Shown: positions 1-9,513 of the stretch, in pieces
How positions within the stretch are numbered: position 1 is the first letter of the stretch
How the letters are laid out: each line of letters opens with the position of its first letter
NCBI GenBank assembly: GCA_043228905.1
Contig: JBHGNT010000787.1
Location: forward strand, 1-15,696
Direction: 5' to 3'
DNA length: 15,696 nt
Origin: Azolla caroliniana
Taxonomy: Eukaryota > Plantae > Polypodiophyta
Made by a program: the position numbers and the translations under genes
Notes under the pieces: generated by a model
The model's input: only the letters and a program-made list of their open reading frames with translations
What the model was told of the DNA's origin: nothing
The model's database searches: none

Positions 1-2551
1 AAGGTGTAGACAAGAGCGCCTCAATGAATGAAAATGTTCATAGATTCCGCGTGTGATATCGGATTTTGAATCTCAGGTCGAGAGACATGAAGAAAAAAGC
101 AATTTTGAGGAAGGAGTAGACAATAGCGCCTCAATGAATGAAAATGTTCATAGATTCCTCGTGTGATATCGGATTTTGGTGTTTAAACATGCGAATCAAG
201 GGTGACGAATGTAGGTATGATATGGAATTGGTAAATTAAGATTCTGAAACCTAGGTCGACAGACATGAAGAAAAAAGCAAATTTGAGGAAGGTGTAGACA
301 AGAGCGCCTCAATGAATGAAAATGTTCATAGATGGCTCGTGTGATATCGGATTTTGGTGTTTAAACATGTGAATCAAAGGTAACGAAACTAGCCACGATA
401 TGGAATTGAAAAATTAAGATTTTGAAACTCAAGACGAGAGACATGAAGAAAAAAGCAAATTTGAGGAAGGCGTAGACAAGAGCGCCTCAATGAATGATAA
501 TGTTCATAGATTCCGCGTGTGATATCGGATTTTGAATCTCAAGTCGAGAGACATGAAGAAAAAAGCAAATTTGAGGAAGCCGTAGACAAGAGCGCCTCAA
601 TGAATGAAAATGTTCATAGATTCCTCGTGTGATATCGGATTTTGGTGTTTAAACTTGCGAATCGAAGGTAACGAAACTAGCCATGATATGGAATTAAAAA
701 ATCAAGACTTTGAAACTCAGGTAGAGAGACATGAAGTAAAAAGCAAATTTAAGGAAGGCGTAGACAAGAGCGCCTCACTGACTGAAAATGTTCATAGATT
801 CCTCGTGTGATATCATATTTTGGTTTTTAAACATGCGAATCGAAGGTAACGAATATAGCCATGATATGGAATTGAAAAATCAAGATTTTGAAACTCAAGT
901 CGAGAGACATGAAGAAAAAAGAAAATTTGAGGAAGGCGTAGACAAGAGCGCCTTAATGAATGAAAATGTTCATAGATTCCTCGTGTGATATCGGATTTTG
1001 GTGTTTAAACATGCGAATCGAGGGTGACGAATGTAGGTATGATATGGAATTGGTAAATTAAGATTCTGAAACCTAGGTCGACAGACATGAAGAAAAAAGC
1101 AAATTTGAGGAAGGTGTAGACAAGAGCGCCTCAATGAATGAAAATGTTCATAGATTCCGCGTGTGATATCGGATTTTGAATCTCAGGTCGAGAGACATGA
1201 AGAAAAAAGCAATTTTGAGGAAGGAGTCGACAAGAGCGCCTCACTGACTGAATATGTTCATAGAAGGCTCGTCTGATATCGGATTTTGGTGTTTAAACAT
1301 GCGAATCGAAGGTAACGAATATAGCCATGATATGGAATTGAAAAATCAACATTCAAAAACTCAGGTCGAGAGACATGAAGAAAAAAGCAATTTTGAGGAA
1401 GGAGTAGACAATAGCGCCTCAATGAATGAAAATGTTCATAGATTCCTCGTGTGATATCGGATTTTGGTGTTTAAACATGCGAATCGAGGGTGACGAATGT
1501 AGGTATGATATGGAATTGGTAAATTAAGATTCTGATACTCAAGACGAGAGACATGAAGAAAAAAGCAAATTTGAGGAAGGTGTAGACAAGAGCGCCTCAA
1601 TGAATGAAAATGTTCATAGATTCCGCGTGTGATATCGGATTTTGAATCTCAGGTCGAGAGACATGAAGAAAAAAGCAATTTTGAGGAAGGAGTAGACAAT
1701 AGCGCCTCAATGAATGAAAATGTTCATAGATTCCTCGTGTGATATCGGATTTTGGTGTTTAAACATGCGAATCAAGGGTGACGAATGTAGGTATGATATG
1801 GAATTGGTAAATTAAGATTCTGAAACCTAGGTCGACAGACATGAAGAAAAAAGCAAATTTGAGGAAGGTGTAGACAAGAGCGCCTCAATGAATGAAAATG
1901 TTCATAGATGGCTCGTGTGATATCGGATTTTGGTGTTTAAACATGTGAATCAAAGGTAACGAAACTAGCCACGATATGGAATTGAAAAATTAAGATTTTG
2001 AAACTCAAGACGAGAGACATGAAGAAAAAAGCAAATTTGAGGAAGGCGTAGACAAGAGCGCCTCAATGAATGATAATGTTCATAGATTCCGCGTGTGATA
2101 TCGGATTTTGAATCTCAAGTCGAGAGACATGAAGAAAAAAGCAAATTTGAGGAAGCCGTAGACAAGAGCGCCTCAATGAATGAAAATGTTCATAGATTCC
2201 TCGTGTGATATCGGATTTTGGTGTTTAAACTTGCGAATCGAAGGTAACGAAACTAGCCATGATATGGAATTAAAAAATCAAGACTTTGAAACTCAGGTAG
2301 AGAGACATGAAGTAAAAAGCAAATTTAAGGAAGGCGTAGACAAGAGCGCCTCACTGACTGAAAATGTTCATAGATTCCTCGTGTGATATCATATTTTGGT
2401 TTTTAAACATGCGAATCGAAGGTAACGAATATAGCCATGATATGGAATTGAAAAATCAAGATTTTGAAACTCAAGTCGAGAGACATGAAGAAAAAAGAAA
2501 ATTTGAGGAAGGCGTAGACAAGAGCGCCTTAATGAATGAAAATGTTCATAG
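1..2551. repeat. Higher-order repeat with period 1576 bp (7 x 178 + 3 x 110); 1-975 is duplicated at 1577-2551
   Basis: Positions 1 and 1577 begin identical sequence. ORF 604..810 equals ORF 2180..2386, and 788..988 matches 2364..2564 (offset 1576). Identity ends at 975/2551 (catagA vs catagC). Confidence 0.93.
55..164. repeat. 110-bp truncated monomer (68-bp internal deletion); further copies start at 521, 1165, 1631, 2097 and 4267
   Basis: GATATCGGATTTTG is joined directly to AATCTCA(G/A)GTCGAG. GATATC spacing is 110 at 55->165, 521->631, 1165->1275, 1631->1741, 2097->2207 and 4267->4377. Confidence 0.95.
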
Positions 2552-3630
2552 CTTCCTCGTGTGATATCGGATTTTGGTGTTTAAACATGGGAATCGAAGA
2601 TAACGAAACTAGCCCTGATATGGAATTAAAAAATCAAGATTTTGAAACTGAGGTCGAGAGACATGAAGAAAAAAGCAATTTTGAGGAAGCCGTAGACAAT
2701 AGCGCCTCAATGAATGAAAATGTTCATATATTCCTCGTGTGATATCGGATTTTGGTTTTTAAACATGGGAATCGAAGGTAACGAATATAGCCACGATATG
2801 GAATTGAAAAATCAAGATTTAAAAACTCAGGTCAAGAGACATGAAGAGAAAAGCAATTTTGAAGAAGGCGTCGACAAGAGCACCTCAATGAATGAAAATG
2901 TTCATATATTCTTAGTGTGATATCGTATTTTGATGTTTAAACATGCGAATCGAAGGTAACGAATATAGCCATGATATGGAATGGAAAAATCAAGATTTTG
3001 AAACTCAAGTCGAGAGTCATGAAGAAAAAAGCAAATTTGAGGAAGGCGTAGACAAGAGCGCCTCAATGAATGAAAATGTTCATAGCTTCCTCGTGTGATA
3101 TCGGATTTTGGTGTTTAAACATGGGAATCGAAGGTAACGAAACTAGCCATGATATGGAATTAAAAAATAAAGATTTTGATACTCATATCGAGAGACATGA
3201 AGAAAAAAGCAATTTTGAGGTAGGCGTAGACAAGAGCCCCTCACTGACTAAAAATGTTCATAGATGGCTCGTGTGATATCGGATTTTGGTGTTTAAACAT
3301 GCCAATCGAAGGTAACGAAACTAGCCATGATATCGAATTAAAAAATCAAGATTTTGCAACTCAGGTCGAGAGACATGAAGAAAAAAGCAATTTTGAGGAA
3401 GGCGTAGACAAGAGCGCTTCACTGACTGAAAATGTTCATAGATGGCTTGTGTGATTTCGGATTTCGGTGTTTAAACATGCGAATCGAAGGTAACGAAACT
3501 AGCCATGATATGGAATTGAAAAATCAAGATTTAAAAACTCAGGTCGAGAGACATAAAGAAAAAAGCAATTTTGAGGAAGGCGTAGACAAGAGCGCCTCAC
3601 TGACTGAAAATGTTCCTAGATGGCTTGTGT

Positions 3631-3732
3631 GATATCGGATTTTGGTCGAGAGACATGAAGTAAAAAGCAATTTTAAGGAAGGCGTAGATAAGAGCGCCTC
3701 AATGAATGAAAATGTTCAGAGATTCCTCGTAT
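3631..3732. repeat. 102-bp truncated monomer (76-bp deletion), single copy
   Basis: Sequence reads GATATCGGATTTTGGT|CGAGAGAC; GATATC spacing 3631->3733. Confidence 0.92.
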
Positions 3733-5512
3733 GATATCGGATTTTGGTTTTTAAACATGCGAATCGAAGGTAACGAAACTAGCCATGATATGGAATTAAA
3801 ATATAAAGATTTTGAAACTCAGGTCGAGAGACATGCAGTGAAAAACAAATTTGAGGAAGGCGTAGACAAGAGCGCCTCATTGACTGAAAATGTTCATAGA
3901 TTCCTCGTGTGATATCGGATTTTGATGTTTAAACATGCGAATCGAAGGTAACGAAACTAGCCATGATATGGAATTGGAAAATTGAGATTTTGAAACTCAA
4001 GTCGAGAGACATGAAGAAAAAAGAAAATTTGAGGAAGGCCTAGACAAGAGCGCCTCACTGACTGAATATGTTCATAGATGGCTCGTGTGATATCGGATTC
4101 TGGTGTTTAAACATGGGAATCAAAGGTAACGAAACTAGCCACGATATGGAATTGAAAAATCAAGATTTTGAAACTCAAGACGAGAGACATGAAGAAAAAA
4201 GCAAATTTGAGGAAGGCGTAGACAAGAGCGCCTCAATGAATGAAAATGTTCATAGATTCCTCGTGTGATATCGGATTTTGAATCTCAAGTCGAGAGACAT
4301 GAAGAAAAAAGCAAATTTGAGGAAGCCGTAGACAAGAGCGCCTCAATGAATGAAAATGTTCATAGATTCCTCGTGTGATATCGGATTTTGGTGTTTAAAC
4401 TTGCGAGTCGAAGGTAACGAAACTAGCCATGATATGGAATTAAAAAATCAAGACTTTGAAACTCAGGTGGAGAGACATGAAGTAAAAAGCAAATTTAAGG
4501 AAGGCGTAGACAAGAGCGCCTCACTGACTGAAAATGTTCATAGATGGCTCGTGTGATATCGGATTTTGGTGTTTAAACATGCGAATCGAAGGAAACGAAA
4601 CTAGCCATGATATCGAATTAAAAAATGAAGATTTTGAAACTCAAGTCGAGAGACATGAAAAAAAAAGAAAATTTGAGGAAGGCGTAGACAAGAGCACCTC
4701 ACTGACTGAAAATGTTCATAGATTCCTCGTGTGATATCGGAGTTTGGTTTTTAAACATGCGAATCGAAGGTAACGAATATAGCCATGATATGGAATTGAA
4801 AAATCAAGATTTAAAAACTCAGGTCGAGAGACATAAAGAAAAAAGCAATTTTGAGGAAGGAGTAGACAAGAGCGCCTCACTTACTAAAAATGTTCATAGA
4901 TTGCTCGTGTGATATCGGATTTTGGTGTTTAAACATGGGAATCGAAGGTAACAAAACTAGCCATGATATGGAATTAAAAAATAAAGATTTTGATACTCAT
5001 ATCGAGAGACATGAAGAAAAAAGCAATTTTGAGGTAGGCGTAGACAAGAGCGCCTCACTGACTGAATATGTTCATAGAAGTCTCGTGTGATATCGGATTT
5101 TGGTGTTTAAACATGCGAATCGAAGGTAACAAATATAGCCATGATATGGAATTGAAAAATCAAGATTTAAAAACTCAGGTTGAGAGACATGAATAAAAAA
5201 GCAAATTTAAGGAAGGCGTCGACAAGAGCGCCTCAATGAATGAAAATGTTTATAGATTCCTCGTGTGATATCGGATTTTGGTGTTTAAACATGCGAATCG
5301 AAGGTAACGAAACTAGCCATCATATGGAATTAAAATATCAAGACTCTGAAACTCAGGTCGAGAGACATGAAGAAAAAAGCAATTTTGAGGAAGGCGTAGA
5401 CAAGAGCGCCTCAATGAACGAAAATGTTCATAGATGGCTCGTGTGATATCGGATTTTGGTGTTTAAACATGCGAATCGAAGCTAACGAATCTAGCCATGA
5501 TATAGAATTAAA

Positions 5513-6539
5513 AAATCAAGATTTTGAAACTCAGGTCGAGAGACACGAAGAAAAAAGCAATTTTGAGGTAGGCGTAGACAAGAGCGCCTCATAGACTGAA
5601 TATGTTCATAGAAGTCTCGTGTGATATCGGATTTTGGTGTTTAAACATGCGAATCGAAGGTAACGAATATAGCCATGATATGGAATTGAAAAATCAAGAT
5701 TTAAAAGCTCAGGTTGAGAGACATGAAGTAAAAAGCAAATTTAAGGAAGGCGTCGACAAGAGCGCCTCAATGAATGAAAATGTTCATAGATTCCTCGTGT
5801 GATATCGGATTTTGGTGTTTAAACTTGCGAATCGAAGGTAACGAAACTAGCCATGATATGGAATTAAAAAATCAAGACTTTGACACTCAGGTCGAGAGAA
5901 ATGAAGTAAAAAGCAAATTTAAGGAAGGCGTAGACAAGAGCGCCTCACTGACTGAAAATGTTCATAGATGGCTCGTGTGATATCGGATTTTGGTGTTTAT
6001 ACATGCGAATCGAAGGTAACGAAGATAGCCATGATATGGAATTGAAAAATCAAGATTTAAAAACTCAAGTCGAGAGACATGAAGAAAAAAGCAATTTTGA
6101 GGAAGGCGTAGACAAGAGCGCCTCAATGAATGAAAATGTTCATAGATTCCTCGTATGATATCGGATTTTGGTTTTTAAACATGCGAATCGAAGGTAACCA
6201 AACTAGCCATGATATGGAATTAAAATATAAAGATTATGAAACTCAGGTCGAGAGACATGCAGTGAAAAACAAATTTGAGGAAGGCGTAGACAAGAGCGCC
6301 TCACTGACTGAAAATGTTCATAGATTCCTCGTGTGATATCGGATTTTGATGTTTAAACATGCGAATCGAAGGTAACGAAACTAGCCATGATATGGAATTG
6401 GAAAATCAAGATTTTGAAACTCAAGTCAAGAGACATGAAGAAAAAAGAAAATTTGAGGAAGGCCTAGACAAGAGCGTCTCACTGACTGAATATGTTCATA
6501 GATGGCTCGTGTGATATCGGATTTTGGTGTTTAAATATG
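5513..6539. repeat. Multi-monomer block duplicated at 7650-9388 (offset 2137, then 2849 after an internal dimer expansion)
   Basis: ORFs 5602/7739, 5774/7911 and 5958/8095 are identical at offset 2137. Shared private variants: gacacgaag, catagactg, aaaagctcaggttg, tttgacactc, tttatacatg, gaagatagcc. Monomers 6157/6335 match 9006/9184 (taaccaaact, catgcagtg, gcctagac). Confidence 0.88.
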
Positions 6540-7937
6540 CGAATCGAAGGTAACGAATATAGCCACGATATGGAATTGAAAAATCAAGATTTTGAAACTC
6601 AAGTCGAGAGACATGAAGAAAAAAGCAATTTTGAGGAAGGCGTAGACAAGAGCGCCTCACTGACTGAAAATGTTCATTGATGGCTCGTGTGATATCGGAT
6701 TTTGGTGTTTAAACATGCGAATCGAAGGTAACGAATATAGCCATGATATGGAATTGAAAAATCAAGATTTAAAAACTCAGGTCGAGAGACATGAAGAGAA
6801 AAGCAATTTTGAAGAAGGCGTCGACAAGAGCGCCTCAATGAATGAAAATGTTCATATATTCCTAGTGTGATATCGGATTTTGATGTTTAAACATGCGAAT
6901 CGAAGGTAACAAAACTAGCCATGATATGGAATTAAAAAATAAAGATTTTGATACTCATATCGAAAAGCATGAAGAGAAAAGCAATTTTGAAGAAGGCGTA
7001 GACAAGAGCGCCTCAATGAATGAAAATGTTCATAGATTCCTCGTGTGATATCGGATTTTGGTGTTTAAACATGCGAATCGAAGGTAACGAATATAGCCAT
7101 GATATGGAATTGAAAAAATCAAGATTTAAAAACTCAGGTCGAGAGACATAAAGTAAAAAGGAAATTTAAGGAAGGCGTCGACAAGAGCGCCTCAATGGAT
7201 GAAAAGGTTCATAGATTCCTCGTGTGATATCGGATTTTGGTGTTTAAACATGCGAATCGAAGGTAACGAATCTAGCCATGATATGGAATTAAAAAATAAA
7301 GAATTTGATCCTCATATCGAGAGACATGAAGAAAAAAGCAATTTTGAAGTAGGCGTAGACAAGAGCGCCTCACTGACTAAAAATGTTCATAGATGGCTCG
7401 TGTGATATCGAATTTTGGTGTTTAAACATGCAAATCGAAGGTAACGAAACTAGCCATGATATCGAATTAAAAAATCAAGATTTTGCAACTCAGGTCGAGA
7501 GACATGAAGAAAAAAGCAATTTTGAGGAAGGCGTAGACAAGAGCGCCTCACTGACTGAAAATGTTCATAGATGGCTTGTGTGATATCGGATTTTGGTGTT
7601 TAAACATGCGAATCGAAGGTAACGAATAAAGCCATGATATGGAATTGAGAAATCAAGATTTTGAAACTCAGGTCGAGAGACACGAAGAAAAAAGCAATTT
7701 TGAGGTAGGCGTAGACAAGAGCGCCTCATAGACTGAATATGTTCATAGAAGTCTCGTGTGATATCGGATTTTGGTGTTTAAACATGCGAATCGAAGGTAA
7801 CGAATATAGCCATGATATGGAATTGAAAAATCAAGATTTAAAAGCTCAGGTTGAGAGACATGAAGTAAAAAGCAAATTTAAGGAAGGCGTCGACAAGAGC
7901 GCCTCAATGAATGAAAATGTTCATAGATTCCTCGTGT

Positions 7938-9005
7938 GATATCGGATTTTGGTGTTTAAACTTGCGAATCGAAGGTAACGAAACTAGCCATGATATGGAA
8001 TTAAAAAATCAAGACTTTGACACTCAGGTCGAGAGAAATGAAGTAAAAAGCAAATTTAAGGAAGGCGTAGACAAGAGCGCCTCACTGACTGAAAATGTTC
8101 ATAGATGGCTCGTGTGATATCGGATTTTGGTGTTTATACATGCGAATCGAAGGTAACGAAGATAGCCATGATATGGAATTGAAAAATCAAGATTTAAAAA
8201 CTCAAGTCGAGAGACATGAAGAAAAAAGCAATTTTGAGGAAGGCGTAGACAAGAGCGCCTCAATGAATGAAAATGTTCATAGATTCCTCGTGTGATATCG
8301 GATTTTGGTGTTTAAACTTGCGAATCGAAGGTAACGAAACTAGCCATGATATGGAATTAAAAAATCAAGACTTTGAAACTCAGGTCGAGAGAAATGAAGT
8401 AAAAAGCAAATTTAAGGAAGGTGTAGACAAGAGCGCCTCACTAACTGAAAATGTTCATAGATGGCTCGTGTGATATCGGATTTTGGTGTTTATACATGCG
8501 AATCGAAGGTAACGAAGATAGCCATGATATGGAATTGAAAAATCAAGATTTAAAAACTCAAGTCGAGAGACATGAAGGAAAAAGCAAATTTTAGGAAGGC
8601 GTAGACAAGAGCGCCTCAATGAATGAAAATGTTCATAGATTCCTCGTATGATATCGGATTTTGGTTTTTAAACATGCGAATCGAAGGTAACCAAACTAGC
8701 CATGATATGGAATTAAAAAATCAAGACTTTGAAACTCAGGTCGAGAGAAATGAAGTAAAAAGCAAATTTAAGGAAGGTGTAGACAAGAGTGCCTCACTGA
8801 CTGAAAATGTTCATAGATGGCTCGTGTGATATCGGATTTTGGTGTTTATACATGCGAATCGAAGGTAACGAAGATAGCCATGATATGGAATTGAAAAATC
8901 AAGATTTAAAAACTCAAGTCGAGAGACATGAAGAAAAAAGCAAATTTTAGGAAGGCGTAGACAAGAGCGCCTCAATGAATGAAAATGTTCATAGATTCCT
9001 CGTAT
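7938..9005. repeat. 356-bp dimer higher-order repeat, 3 tandem copies
   Basis: The monomer type with tttatacatg and gaagatagcc occurs at 8116, 8472 and 8828. It alternates with the type carrying agactttg and agaaatgaagt at 7938, 8294 and 8650. Confidence 0.88.
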
Positions 9006-9361
9006 GATATCGGATTTTGGTTTTTAAACATGCGAATCGAAGGTAACCAAACTAGCCATGATATGGAATTAAAATATAAAGATTAGGAAACGCAGGTCGA
9101 GAGACATGCAGTGAAAAACAAATTTGAGGAAGGCGTAGACAAGAGCGCCTCACTGACTGAAAATGTTCATAGATTCCTCGTGTGATATCGGATTTTGATG
9201 TTTAAACATGCGAATCGAAGGTAACGAAACTAGCCATGATATGGAATTGGAAAATCAAGATTTTGAAACTCAAGTCGAGAGACATGAAGAAAAAAGAAAA
9301 TTTGAGGAAGGCCTAGACAAGAGCGCCTCACTGACTGAATATGTTCATAGATGGCTCGTGT

Positions 9362-9513
9362 GATATCGGATTTTGGTGTTTAAACATGTGATATGGAATT
9401 GAAAAATCAGGATTTAAAAACTCTGGTCGAGAGACATGAAGGAAAAAGCCATTTTGAGGAAGGCGTAGACAAGAGCGCCTCAATGGATGAAAATGTTCAT
9501 AGATTCCTCGTGT
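9362..9513. repeat. 152-bp monomer (net 26-bp deletion) at a lineage junction
   Basis: Sequence reads AAACATG|TGATATGG; GATATC spacing 9362->9514. Confidence 0.92.

Noticed and set aside
165-342. CENP-B box or identity with alpha satellite or Arabidopsis CEN178
   Set aside because: NTTCGNNNNANNCGGGN is absent on both strands (no CGGG or CCCG seen). The similarity is in length only.
631-720. Internal sub-repeat ancestry (TGATATCGGATTTTG versus TGATATGGAATTG) and 10-bp A-tract phasing
   Set aside because: The matches are short and AT-rich, and I could not establish regular periodicity by eye. This needs autocorrelation analysis.
700-740. tRNA/5S/SINE-derived unit with a Pol III B box (GGTCGAGA)
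   Set aside because: Poor match to GTTCRANNC, no properly spaced A box, and no cloverleaf or 5S similarity.
760-810. Hammerhead ribozyme satellite (as in newt satellite 2 or Schistosoma SM-alpha), suggested by CTGACTGAAA next to a hairpin
   Set aside because: The core CTGANGA is not matched (CTGACTG), I found no TCNTCAG for the minus strand, and there is no three-helix arrangement. An Infernal/Rfam search would settle it.
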